A DNA stretch of 64,000 nucleotides from a virus. Made by a program: the position numbers and the translations under genes. Below the pieces are notes generated by a model, which worked only from the letters and a program-made list of their open reading frames with translations, searched no databases and was not told the origin of the DNA. Where the stretch lies: positions 1-64,000 of the IMG/VR virus record IMGVR_UViG_3300033153_006411; one strand, given 5' to 3'. Shown here in pieces: positions 38,804 to 48,313 of the stretch (the stretch's first letter is position 1; every line of letters begins with the position of its first letter).

Positions 38804-39226
38804 ATGGAACAACTAATAGATTTAATGTATCTCGACGAGCTTGACCCATCTGGGGTCATCTACCCAACCGAAGTGGTCGCTCGTGCCGTTCAAGAAATCG
38901 AGAAACGTATCAACAAGACCGACGGAATTCTCGGCGAATGCAGTATACCCGTAGGAACCGATTTCTATGCAACCCCTGATATTAGATATCAATCCATTGA
39001 TATGGGTCGGGTCAGTCATATTGTTCGGCACGTATGGATAGAGAAGAACAGGCTAAAGTGCAAAGTGAAGTTGTTAGGGCAGTATGCCCAAATCCGCGAG
39101 TTAATGCCAGTCGCGTTCGAAGGAATTCCGCGAGCCATTGGTGCAATCGAGGGCAGCGGTAAGGAAAAGGTGTGTACAGAGTACACCCTTATTACGGTAG
39201 ACCTAGCAATGACGGAGCTTGAATAA
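38804..39226 (+). CDS. Degenerate T4 gp21-type prohead protease homologue
   Basis: 'G.IYP.EV', 'ILGE', 'ID..RVSH.V', 'K.KLL' and 'LITVDL' match the gp21 layout. Catalytic His (GExxHP) and Ser (GVSSRG) are absent. Confidence 0.6.
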   Translation: MEQLIDLMYLDELDPSGVIYPTEVVARAVQEIEKRINKTDGILGECSIPVGTDFYATPDIRYQSIDMGRVSHIVRHVWIEKNRLKCKVKLLGQYAQIRELMPVAFEGIPRAIGAIEGSGKEKVCTEYTLITVDLAMTELE

Positions 39227-39741
39227 TGAGTTTAATGATGAATGATAAAAATCAATTTGTATTTCCGACTGAGGTGATTAATGATCTAGAAATCCTTGCC
39301 AGAGACCGATGTGTGGTGAAACGGGATGGCGGAGTTTCTAATCGGCGTATTGATGCCAACAGAACAGATTTTGATGTAGATTATCTGGGTGTACAAGCTG
39401 AATATTGTTTCTCTATTTTATTTGATGTTGATATGCATCATGAGGTAGGTGCCCTGTCCGGCGACTCTGGAAAACATGATTATGTAATTGATGGAGTTAC
39501 TTTCGGAGTTAAAGGTGCCTTCGCGAATGCAAAATATCTACTTGTGCCAAAGCACCAGTACCCAGTGAGTGCGGACGTGTTGGTTATGTTCCGGCATGTC
39601 TCAAAAAGAATGATGGTTTGTCATGGATATACTACTGGTGACAACTTCATGGAACATCACATATGGAAAGATTTAGGATATGGAAGTGATGCTGTTATGC
39701 ACGTATCAAAGTTGAACCCAATCAGTGAACTTATTGATTAG
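39226..39741 (+). CDS. Hypothetical protein (possible PD-(D/E)xK-like fold)
   Basis: 'G..AEY', 'DSG..D.VIDG.TF.VKG'; coupled to the upstream gene. Confidence 0.45.
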   Translation: MSLMMNDKNQFVFPTEVINDLEILARDRCVVKRDGGVSNRRIDANRTDFDVDYLGVQAEYCFSILFDVDMHHEVGALSGDSGKHDYVIDGVTFGVKGAFANAKYLLVPKHQYPVSADVLVMFRHVSKRMMVCHGYTTGDNFMEHHIWKDLGYGSDAVMHVSKLNPISELID

Positions 39742-39749
39742 GTGTAAAT

Positions 39750-39962
39750 ATGCCTATCTATGAATACGAATGTAAGGCTTGTGATAAGCGTTCTGAGTTT
39801 ATCCAAAAGTTCGATTCCGCCCCCAAACGGAAATGCCCACGGTGCGGCGAACTAAAACTCAAAAAGGTGATTTCCCGTAGTTCCTTTCAGTTGAAAGGGT
39901 CTGGGTGGTATGAGACCGATTTTAAGAATAAGTCTGGAGGTTCAGATAATGAAAAACACTAA
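39750..39962 (+). CDS. FmdB-family zinc-ribbon protein
   Basis: 'MPIYEYECKAC...CPRCG...KVIS...F.LKGSGWY.TD'. Confidence 0.9.
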   Translation: MPIYEYECKACDKRSEFIQKFDSAPKRKCPRCGELKLKKVISRSSFQLKGSGWYETDFKNKSGGSDNEKH

Positions 39963-40182
39963 AGATACCGTGATGAACATGATCGCGGAACAAATGGGGA
40001 TGCCCGTAGACGCTATAGAAACCACCCACAGAATGGTTGATGATTTGGGAGCAGATTCGCTTCACGTCGTCGAGCTAATCATGGGATTGGAAGAAGAGTT
40101 CGAAATCGAAGTAGATGATGATGAATTCGACAAATGCACTACTGTCCAACAAATAATTGATTATGTGAGCCTTGACTCCTGA
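39949..40182 (+). CDS. acpP: Acyl carrier protein
   Basis: 'DDLGADSL..VELIM.LEEEF.IEV.D.E..K..TVQ.IIDY' with the phosphopantetheine Ser. Confidence 0.9.
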   Translation: MKNTKDTVMNMIAEQMGMPVDAIETTHRMVDDLGADSLHVVELIMGLEEEFEIEVDDDEFDKCTTVQQIIDYVSLDS

Positions 40183-40228
40183 TCAGTTAGGTTATATGTT
40201 GATAGGATAGTAATAGAGGCAAACCCTA

Positions 40229-40774
40229 ATGCGCTGGTGGATTCCCGTATCCAAAATCTGTAAGTTCCTTTCGTGGACAACCGAAGAGGATGGTATAACA
40301 CATCAACACGGTTTGTACCGGCTCATAACCGACAGGGAGATGAGCGAGCCGTATCTACATCGGTATTATCTCCTGAGCACCAGATGGTTGAAGCACTGGT
40401 TCCCAAAACTCTCCTACCGACTAGTGTTGCACAAGTGTGTGCGATCCGATGCTGATGGTCTCCATGATCACCCATGGGCTTGGAAGTCGAAAATACTCGA
40501 CGGCGGTTATTGGGAATCCATCCCACGCTTATCAGAGGCAGACCCCGATTTCGAAACCTCAAGGGAGACCGCGAGGGTGTGGCGTGATCCGAAGGATGGA
40601 TGGCGCAAAGGAAGTGCACTCGCGTACCATCGGCTCGAATTGCCCCATGAAGGTGCAGAATCATGGTCTCTATTTCTAATGGGGCCGAAGGAAAAGGATT
40701 GGGGATTTCAAGATCGCCACGGTGTTTGGGTTCAGTGGGAAGAATACATTCACAACCGGCACCTATATCTATAA
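40229..40774 (+). CDS. Cupin-like phage protein
   Basis: 'PYL.RYY', 'LH...SD...LHDHPW', 'GGYWE', 'HRLEL' and 'WGF'. Confidence 0.7.
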   Translation: MRWWIPVSKICKFLSWTTEEDGITHQHGLYRLITDREMSEPYLHRYYLLSTRWLKHWFPKLSYRLVLHKCVRSDADGLHDHPWAWKSKILDGGYWESIPRLSEADPDFETSRETARVWRDPKDGWRKGSALAYHRLELPHEGAESWSLFLMGPKEKDWGFQDRHGVWVQWEEYIHNRHLYL

Positions 40775-41016
40775 TGACCAAGATCACATTACTGCAATTG
40801 GAGGTCGTCGAGTATGAAGATGCGGCTGATCTAGAGCGGCTTATTAAATTTCATAGGGACATGCTGTCTAAGGCAATCGACGACCTGAAGAACCCGAAGA
40901 CCGATGCCATTATAAGCGCCGTTGCTTATAATCTGGTACATCTGATGCGAGAGCTACAGAAAAACAAACGGCAACGGGCTAAGCTGCTAGTACTCGACGG
41001 TGGCAAAAAAGACTAG
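40774..41016 (+). CDS. Hypothetical protein
   Basis: TAATG coupling to the upstream gene. Confidence 0.5.
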   Translation: MTKITLLQLEVVEYEDAADLERLIKFHRDMLSKAIDDLKNPKTDAIISAVAYNLVHLMRELQKNKRQRAKLLVLDGGKKD

Positions 41017-41082
41017 ACAAATCCGAAAACTTTATGTTAGACTTCTCTTACATTTTGAATCAAATTATAAGAGGATGTATAC

Positions 41083-42525
41083 ATGTCATCAGACGCTAGC
41101 GACGAAGATATTGCACGTGCCAAAGCGGAGACAGAGTTTCTAGTCACGCCTTCCCAATTATATCAAACACTGGAACACTGCCTTTCCGCAGTCACCCCAG
41201 AAGGACAACCCAAAGAACAAGCGAACGTGATGGTATGGGGTGCCATGGGTATCGGTAAGACCGATGTCTGTCGTACTCTCGGCGTGCCATGGGGCATGCG
41301 CATAGTTTCCCTCCACCTTCCACAGTACGACCCTACTGACCTAAAAGGCATTCCGATATTTCTTGATGACAAGGGCAACACTCTTGCTGAAACGGATTCC
41401 AAAGGTAAGGTTCGCTGGATACCTTCCAGTTATCTCCCACAATTCATCAACCGTATTATTGATGAAGAATGCACCGAAGCAACCTTCGTATTTGATTGGC
41501 CAGATGCCGAGCAAATCATGGTTCACCTTTATTCGCCTGATGGTAAGATTATTTGCCGTGCGAATGATCAGATGCAGGGCGATCTTGGTTTGGACAAATA
41601 CACGGTTGATATCGATTCCATTAAGGGAACTGTAATGGTACGTGGTGACCTCCAGAAGGGAGCCCGAATCCACGTCATCGACAAAGCCATCATCTTCCTT
41701 GATGAGCTTTCCGCCGCCGTACCTGAAGTACAGAACGCTGCTCTCCAGTTGGTACTGGACAAGCGTGTCGGTGAATATGACGTTCCTCCTTTTACTCCGC
41801 TGATTGCCGCTGGTAATCGTGAATCGGATCAGGCTTTCGTAAGCCCGATGTCCATGCCCCTGTGTAACAGGTTCATGCACCTTCGCCTCATTCACTCTGT
41901 GGAAGACTGGATGGACTGGGCTGTCATCAAACGCATCGATCCTTCAATCCTTGGTTACATCCAGTGGAAGAAGCATCACCTGTTTCATTTCGAGCCCGAC
42001 ACTATCACCGAGGGTGATTGTGGTTTCCCCACACCTCGTTCGTGGGCTAAGCTCAGTGAGCAAATGAAAGGAATGGACGGATTACCAGAGTCGATTCAGG
42101 CTGCAATCATTACTGGTTACATCGGTAAGGCTATCGGTCAGCAGTTCATCGAACACCGAAAGATAGCACATAAGCTGCCTTCTACGGACGAAATTCTTCA
42201 GGGTAAGGAACCCGATATCCCTGACGACTTGAATGTTGGAGCCAAGTACCACCTTGCCTTGGGTCTGTGCTATGCACTTGCTGATTACCATGCCAAGTAC
42301 TTCGACGAAGAACTCGGTAATGATGCGGAGTTCCAATGCAAAGAATGGCAGACAGCAGCCAACTCGTTCTGCAACTTCATCCACGATAATTTAGGTAAGG
42401 AGATGACGGTACTGTGTGTACACGTTGCCTCCCGTCATTTGGATATTTCATTCGTGAAATTCCGAAGCCCTAAGTTTACAGCCTTCGCCAAGAAGTATCG
42501 GAACATCATCCGCAGGACTATCTAA
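41083..42525 (+). CDS. MoxR-like AAA+ ATPase (partner of the VWA protein)
   Basis: GAMGIGKT, 'DPTDLKGIP', FLDEL, 'AAGNR', 'NRF.H' and 'PTPRSW'. Confidence 0.9.
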   Translation: MSSDASDEDIARAKAETEFLVTPSQLYQTLEHCLSAVTPEGQPKEQANVMVWGAMGIGKTDVCRTLGVPWGMRIVSLHLPQYDPTDLKGIPIFLDDKGNTLAETDSKGKVRWIPSSYLPQFINRIIDEECTEATFVFDWPDAEQIMVHLYSPDGKIICRANDQMQGDLGLDKYTVDIDSIKGTVMVRGDLQKGARIHVIDKAIIFLDELSAAVPEVQNAALQLVLDKRVGEYDVPPFTPLIAAGNRESDQAFVSPMSMPLCNRFMHLRLIHSVEDWMDWAVIKRIDPSILGYIQWKKHHLFHFEPDTITEGDCGFPTPRSWAKLSEQMKGMDGLPESIQAAIITGYIGKAIGQQFIEHRKIAHKLPSTDEILQGKEPDIPDDLNVGAKYHLALGLCYALADYHAKYFDEELGNDAEFQCKEWQTAANSFCNFIHDNLGKEMTVLCVHVASRHLDISFVKFRSPKFTAFAKKYRNIIRRTI

Positions 42526-42526
42526 C

Positions 42527-43969
42527 ATGCAATTGCATGAATTCGATGCGACTATCCTCGGAATAGCCGAGAGTGAGGAACAGTCTAACAAGTTTGTTCC
42601 TCCTCCGCGACGGTTCCGTAAGGATGAGTTCGCCGACGAGGATGCTTACAATGATCTCATCGTTGCCAAATCTCAGCTTCTTAAAGAATTCCCGTTTTGG
42701 GGAATTCTTGGGCTGACGGTGGTATTGGTCGAGCGTCCCGATGACGAATTACCAACGCTTGCCACTGATGGTATGCACATTTTCTACAACGCGAATTTCA
42801 CAAAAAAACTCACAAAGGGTGAACGTGTTTTCGCCATAGCCCACGAACTGTTTCATGGTCTATACGATCACGCTGGCAACAACAGCCGCTTCGAACATTA
42901 TACCGGTATCAATATGAAACGGTTGTTCGAAGAGGGCGATCAGGAAAAGATAAAAGAAGGGATGAGGCTGAAAATGCTTTGGAACTTTGCCGCCGACTTT
43001 ATAGTTAATGGCGGACTGGTCGAAGCCCACGTTGGTGAATTCATCAAGACAATCAATATCCTTTACGATGACGAATATCTTGGTTGGGCGGTCGAAGATG
43101 TTTACGATGACCTCCTGAAGAATCCTGAAAAGATTCCACAGGACGCACAGTGCCTAGACGAACACATCGAAGTTGAGGTTGTGTCTGACGAGGAAGCTGC
43201 CAAGGCCAAGGAAGAAGGGAAAGACGGCGAAGGCAACAGATTCGTCATGGGAGAATCCGAATACGAGAAATTGAAATACGAGTGGAAAGAAACCATGATC
43301 TCTGCCGCTGCTGCTCAGAAGGAACACGAGCAACGCGAATCGACTGCTGCCGGTTGTATCCCTACAGCCATTCAACGCCTTATAGACGAACTGGCGAAGC
43401 CGAAGGTGAACTGGAGGCAGGCATTGCGCCGTGCGGTCCAACGAATCATCCACCGACGGTATTCGTACAAGTCTCCAAACAAGGGGCTCTTCAGTCGTGG
43501 CATCACAATCCCGGGTTTCCGTGATTCTGTAAACAAGCTGGATGTTGCTATCTTCGTCGATACCTCTGGTTCCGTTAGTGAGGCACAGTTAACCGCATTT
43601 ATTTCCGAATTCAAAGGCATGATGGACGCATTCCCGCGTTACAAAATCCACGCTCACTGTTTCGACGGTGCTGTCTGTGAAGAGAGTATTGTCAAGCTGG
43701 AGAAAAGCCATGGGCAAGATGGTTGGGACCACATCCGTAAATTCATTAATCGTATTTCCGGTGGTGGTGGTACAGACTTCCAATGCAACTGGGATTACCT
43801 CAAGGAACACAATATTAAGCCACGCATGATCATCATGTTGACGGACGGTTATCCGTGCGGTGGTTGGGGTGACCCCCGATGGGCTCCTACCATATTCTTC
43901 ATGATGGGGAATGGTAGATCAATCAAGGCACCGTTCGGAGCAACGATTCATTACGAAGACTTCCAATGA
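42527..43969 (+). CDS. Metallopeptidase-like + VWA domain protein (DUF2201-like)
   Basis: 'TLATDG', HELFH (HExxH), 'WN.A.D..VN', MIDAS DTSGS, 'GGGTDF' and 'LTDG'. Confidence 0.88.
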   Translation: MQLHEFDATILGIAESEEQSNKFVPPPRRFRKDEFADEDAYNDLIVAKSQLLKEFPFWGILGLTVVLVERPDDELPTLATDGMHIFYNANFTKKLTKGERVFAIAHELFHGLYDHAGNNSRFEHYTGINMKRLFEEGDQEKIKEGMRLKMLWNFAADFIVNGGLVEAHVGEFIKTINILYDDEYLGWAVEDVYDDLLKNPEKIPQDAQCLDEHIEVEVVSDEEAAKAKEEGKDGEGNRFVMGESEYEKLKYEWKETMISAAAAQKEHEQRESTAAGCIPTAIQRLIDELAKPKVNWRQALRRAVQRIIHRRYSYKSPNKGLFSRGITIPGFRDSVNKLDVAIFVDTSGSVSEAQLTAFISEFKGMMDAFPRYKIHAHCFDGAVCEESIVKLEKSHGQDGWDHIRKFINRISGGGGTDFQCNWDYLKEHNIKPRMIIMLTDGYPCGGWGDPRWAPTIFFMMGNGRSIKAPFGATIHYEDFQ

Positions 43970-44832
43970 TCGATGTCCAATCCCTATTTCCTGAACTGGA
44001 AGGTTCCATTGTAACCTTCACTGGTGAGACAATCACGGTCATGGTGCGTCACCGCGACACCCTTAGCTTTGAACTGAAGAAAGCAATGAGCCACCGAACG
44101 AAATGTCCGATGCATTTCATGATTCAGACAAAAACTGAATTCAAGCAAGAATGGTGGATGGACGGTTCTATATACAACCCCTTCGGTGCTGCCATACAAA
44201 CCATCACCAATACGGATTATTTGGAACATCATTATAACAAGGCTGGTCAATTGGCTTGTGAGTATGGTCCGGCGAAAATAGAACACCGTTACGGAAAACA
44301 TTACAGGGAAGAATGGCGCAATTTGAAAGGACAACCCCACCGCGATGGTGGACCGGCATTAACCGAAGTGGAATATTACTCCCCACCAGTTTCGGGGAAA
44401 GCGGAGATCACTCAGCGGGTATTCACGTGGTGCCAGCGCGGGGAGCCATCGAATGGCGACTCATGGGCGGATCAGATTGATCTCTCGGGGACAGAAACGA
44501 TTAAGAAAACGCCAGACGGATTCATACGAACGTTGGAGATGACAGAACGTCAACTAACGTGGTACCAAGATGGGCAGAAACACCGAACCGACGGACCAGC
44601 GGGCATAATTTTCCACGACTTCAAAGAAATTGAGAAAGGTGGGAAAATTAGATGGACGTGGGGTAGTTGGGACATGGATTGGTGCATTAAGGGAAAGATT
44701 ATACCAACCGGAAAAATACTGAAGTGGGCTAAAGCAGCCTCGATTAAAATGTGGAACGAGCCTTGTTACGACAAGTCTGTGTTCCGAAACCCTGAAGATG
44801 AATTTCATTTCATCACTGACTTTGCGGAGTAA
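43966..44832 (+). CDS. Hypothetical protein with HRxDGPA repeats
   Basis: 'HRDGGPA', 'HRTDGPA' and 'YGPA' repeats. Confidence 0.6.
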   Translation: MIDVQSLFPELEGSIVTFTGETITVMVRHRDTLSFELKKAMSHRTKCPMHFMIQTKTEFKQEWWMDGSIYNPFGAAIQTITNTDYLEHHYNKAGQLACEYGPAKIEHRYGKHYREEWRNLKGQPHRDGGPALTEVEYYSPPVSGKAEITQRVFTWCQRGEPSNGDSWADQIDLSGTETIKKTPDGFIRTLEMTERQLTWYQDGQKHRTDGPAGIIFHDFKEIEKGGKIRWTWGSWDMDWCIKGKIIPTGKILKWAKAASIKMWNEPCYDKSVFRNPEDEFHFITDFAE

Positions 44833-44836
44833 AATT

Positions 44837-45028
44837 ATGAACGTACAAGATTTCACGGTAACCGAACGTGTTGATGGCGAACGGCGAGCGTGTACCGATG
44901 GTTTGCGAATTAACATGACTAAGGAGTATGCCGAATCATTGCTAATCATTTTGAAAACGGAACTATTGGACAAAACCAAACACGAAGTGGATATCTGTCT
45001 ATTTGGTGAGATAGCGCTTGACTACTAA
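44837..45028 (+). CDS. Hypothetical protein
   Basis: GGAG RBS; short ORF. Confidence 0.5.
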   Translation: MNVQDFTVTERVDGERRACTDGLRINMTKEYAESLLIILKTELLDKTKHEVDICLFGEIALDY

Positions 45029-45039
45029 CACGCCAGAAG

Positions 45040-45075
45040 TGGCGAATTAAGTCCAAATAAGGCGATAATTCGCCA
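45040..45075. terminator. Inverted repeat between convergent genes
   Basis: TGGCGAATTA...TAATTCGCCA. Confidence 0.5.
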
Positions 45076-45086
45076 ACTAAGGCGAG

Positions 45087-45728
45087 TTAACCGAACTGCT
45101 TTTTGGCTGCACTGGCAATCTCGCCAGAGTGAAATGGCAGAACACGTAGAACACGATTAAGGTGCTTGCACGTTATTCCTCGCTCACTAGGATTACGCTC
45201 ACGCGGATATCGCTCTTCAGGATAGATCGCAGCATCTAGTACCGTACACATGTACTGGTAACCCCAATACAGGAACGACGGACACGTACAATGCATCTTG
45301 ATGTTTCCCGCCCACAGCAACATACGAGCACGTTCTGAGAAATTCAAATCTGGGTCTGATGCTATTTCCTCCCAGTCTTCAAATTGAATGCTGTTGGTGT
45401 AGCGGATACGATTGCTCTCGCTGTTTGAAGAGTTGACGTGGAAGTTCATTACATCGTCTGGCTGGAATCCAACAAACCTAATACCGGTTAGTTCATCTGC
45501 TCTGATTTTCTGACTCAAGAAACTACCATCAACCAACGAGCCGATTTCCTTATAAGTGGCTTCGTTCAGGGTAGCGACTGTTCGCATCGGGACACTAATG
45601 TAGGGACTGTGTTGCTGGCACACCGCAGAGTGCCGAGTGTAGTCAACATTTTCTACGATGGTATTAGAACCATGGTATCCCCATTGTCCCCGTAGTACTG
45701 GTCGGTTCTGTAACTTCGATACCTGCAT
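45087..45728 (-). CDS. SWIM-type Zn-finger protein
   Basis: 'CTCPSF..WG...CKHL'. Confidence 0.7.
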   Translation of the reverse strand: MQVSKLQNRPVLRGQWGYHGSNTIVENVDYTRHSAVCQQHSPYISVPMRTVATLNEATYKEIGSLVDGSFLSQKIRADELTGIRFVGFQPDDVMNFHVNSSNSESNRIRYTNSIQFEDWEEIASDPDLNFSERARMLLWAGNIKMHCTCPSFLYWGYQYMCTVLDAAIYPEERYPRERNPSERGITCKHLNRVLRVLPFHSGEIASAAKKQFG

Positions 45729-45730
45729 GA

Positions 45731-46276
45731 TTAATCTACCGACAAGATGAATGAGTTAGCACGGTTCATCCAACCTTTGCGGAACTTCTCCTGCGTTGGG
45801 TTGTTAGCGATGATCTTCTCATAGAATGCCTTGCGCTCCTCGACCATGGCGTTCTGAAAATATGGACCCATTGCGTCTTGAGCCTTCTTGGCAGCGTCAC
45901 GAGTCATCGGCCCCATGCCACCATCGACACCAAGAGTTCCGAAGCCAGCCTTATTTATGGTCTTCTGGAGAATCTTCACAGCGCGACCCGGTCCGTGATT
46001 GACAGCCATGTCAAATACGAATACCTGTGGGTGTGGGAACACGAGCCAATCAATCTTCGGCTTCTTTAGGTAACGTGTATCATAGATGTCCCGAGCTTCA
46101 TCCTCGGTGAGGTTCTTCACGTCATCCACCGAAACGGGGTGACCGCGCCATTCAGTCAAGGTCTGCTGTGTCACACCCAGATTGGTCGCCCCACCTTTGT
46201 CTGCGGGATCGTTGACGAATCCACCCTCATGTTTTAAAATAATGTTCTTAATTGGGTCATCGTATACATTACTCAT
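45731..46276 (-). CDS. Glycoside hydrolase family 108 endolysin with peptidoglycan-binding C-terminus
   Basis: 'HEGGFVNDPADKGGATNLGVT', 'FDMAVNHG', 'VDG.MGP.T' and 'F.KGW.NR'. Confidence 0.92.
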   Translation of the reverse strand: MSNVYDDPIKNIILKHEGGFVNDPADKGGATNLGVTQQTLTEWRGHPVSVDDVKNLTEDEARDIYDTRYLKKPKIDWLVFPHPQVFVFDMAVNHGPGRAVKILQKTINKAGFGTLGVDGGMGPMTRDAAKKAQDAMGPYFQNAMVEERKAFYEKIIANNPTQEKFRKGWMNRANSFILSVD

Positions 46277-46512
46277 GATATTTCCTTGAATTGATTGGGA
46301 GTTATGTCTATATTTACGTCGATAAGCACTGGAACCGAAATTTCATTAAGAAAAAAGAATGTTGGCTCTCAGGTTCATGTTGAGAACTAAGTCACACTTT
46401 AGAATTTGATCCAAGTCGGCATTCAATGTATATTGAACTCGTGTCTGAAGTTAGACGTAATAAAAGCCACGAACAATACCGTTCGTAGTTGTAACAAATT
46501 AGGAGCATTAAA

Positions 46513-47247
46513 ATGCGCAAGGTAATCATCTCAATCTTTGCAGCCCTCACACTAGCAGCAACCGGTGTTTTGGCTGATCCCCCTCATAACGTAACTCATT
46601 ATACCAGTAGCAACGACGGCGGACTCATTCAGGGTTCATCCGTTACCGCTGGTTCCATCAGTGGTGCAACTACGGTAGGTACTGGCTTCGCTGGTACATA
46701 CGGCATCTCTATCATGAGTGCCGGAACAACTGGCAAATTCAAAACGGGCGAGTCTCTTAGCCTCATCCAAGGTACTTCTTGGGTTGCTGGTCACTCCGAG
46801 TCTGGTACTCTGGTAGAAGGCGCAGGTGCCGCTGGTTCTATTGCTGGTGGTGAAGCTGACGCCGGTTTTGGTGGTGCAGGATACTTCGCTGAAGGTTCTC
46901 ATCAACATCGCTGCCACCACGGTTGCGGTCCCCGTATCAATCGAGAGACTACACAGGTAGGCGACGCTTGGGCATTTGGTGGAGCATCTGGTTCCTCATG
47001 GGCTGCTTCTGGTAGCATCGGTGACGGAGAAGGTCTGTCTGTACAGGGCTTCGAAGCATACGGTGAAGCCAAAGCTAAGTCCAAAATCACCAACGACGGT
47101 GGCGAGTACACTGCTATTACTAACGTGAAGACTGCTTCTGGCGCTCTGTCATACACCATCGAAGAAGGTAAAGCGATTGGTCAGACACACGCTGTCGGTT
47201 GGGGATTTGCGGGTGCCGATGTATGGCGGGTACACGAAGACGACTAA
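46513..47247 (+). CDS. Secreted G/A/S-rich protein
   Basis: Sec signal peptide MRKVIISIFAALTLAATGVLA; AGGAG RBS. Confidence 0.65.
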   Translation: MRKVIISIFAALTLAATGVLADPPHNVTHYTSSNDGGLIQGSSVTAGSISGATTVGTGFAGTYGISIMSAGTTGKFKTGESLSLIQGTSWVAGHSESGTLVEGAGAAGSIAGGEADAGFGGAGYFAEGSHQHRCHHGCGPRINRETTQVGDAWAFGGASGSSWAASGSIGDGEGLSVQGFEAYGEAKAKSKITNDGGEYTAITNVKTASGALSYTIEEGKAIGQTHAVGWGFAGADVWRVHEDD

Positions 47248-47325
47248 GTCTTAGTATCCAGAAACACGGGGTCTGAACCTAGACCCCTCGTTTTCAACAA
47301 CAACTTCCCGAAAGGAGAAAACTCA

Positions 47326-47934
47326 ATGAAAATCATGCTGATTTCAGCACCGGTTCTGGCTGGCAACAACAATGCTACTGCGACTGCTACAACCAGTGCG
47401 TCTTCCCAACAGGGAAACACGCAGGGTATTACTACAACCAACCACGGTTCCGACCTCAGCGACGCTGTTCCTGCTGTTGTGGCTCCCTCGTTGACAACCA
47501 CACTGTCTGAAACCTGTATGGGTTCCACCAGCATGGGTGTCGCAGGTGCCGGTTTCGGTATCTCTTTTGGTTCCACATGGAAAGACGAGGCATGTGTTCG
47601 CCGTCTGGACTCCCGTGAGCTTCGCAGCTTCGGTTCAGGTCTGGCTCCAAACGATGCCATCCTTTTCCACTTCGCTGCTAAAGAGCGTATGTGTGCCGAC
47701 AAGAAGATTCGTGCTGCCTTCGAACGCGTCTACATGATGACTGACCGCAAAGATGCCCTTTGCCAGTCAACATCTGACGAGCAAGTTAAAGCTGCCCACG
47801 AACGTGCTGCTGCACAGGCTGCTGGCCTTGAAGTTAGCAACGACATTTACTACGTCGAAGACCAACGTTCTGACAAGCAGATCGCGATGGACAAGCGTAA
47901 TGCTCGTCAAGTGCAATGGGAAGACCGCAGGTAA
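47326..47934 (+). CDS. Hypothetical exported-type protein
   Basis: AGGAG RBS; 'AP.....TCMGS.S.G....FG.S.G....D..C' Cys pattern. Confidence 0.6.
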   Translation: MKIMLISAPVLAGNNNATATATTSASSQQGNTQGITTTNHGSDLSDAVPAVVAPSLTTTLSETCMGSTSMGVAGAGFGISFGSTWKDEACVRRLDSRELRSFGSGLAPNDAILFHFAAKERMCADKKIRAAFERVYMMTDRKDALCQSTSDEQVKAAHERAAAQAAGLEVSNDIYYVEDQRSDKQIAMDKRNARQVQWEDRR

Positions 47935-47955
47935 ACATTGACATTCGTGTCATTG

Positions 47956-47983
47956 AAAAAGGGGACATTCGTGTCCCCTTTTT
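47956..47983 (+). terminator. Intrinsic (possibly bidirectional) terminator
   Basis: AAAAAGGGGACA-TTCG-TGTCCCCTTTTT. Confidence 0.9.
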
Positions 47984-48025
47984 ATTTGGGTTGCAAAAAA
48001 TAGTAATGCGAGTTATATTCTCTGA

Positions 48026-48313
48026 ATGAAATATAATATTAGAGAAATGAGTTGGTTCAAGAGACGCGCCCCCACCAAAGACCCTATTCCGGTCGAAGTG
48101 CTTGAGGTAGAAGACCTTCAACTGATCCATAATCACCCTACCAACTTGCTAGTCAAGTTTCGGTTCTATCACCGTGATGGTACTGAAACGTATGAAACGC
48201 ACGAACTGGGCGGTAGGGTTCATCAGAACGCAATCAAGAAAGATCGGTGGACATTGAACGGTCTGAATCCTAACGGACTGAGTGCTCTCATCGACTTAGA
48301 GGAAGAAGAATGA
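48026..48313 (+). CDS. Hypothetical protein (possibly leaderless)
   Basis: TTGCAA-N17-TATATT ends 6 nt before the ATG. Confidence 0.5.
   Translation: MKYNIREMSWFKRRAPTKDPIPVEVLEVEDLQLIHNHPTNLLVKFRFYHRDGTETYETHELGGRVHQNAIKKDRWTLNGLNPNGLSALIDLEEEE

Noticed and set aside
41440-41685. Intein in the MoxR ATPase
   Set aside because: There is no Cys/Ser start with a His-Asn end or LAGLIDADG motif, and the insert is too short.
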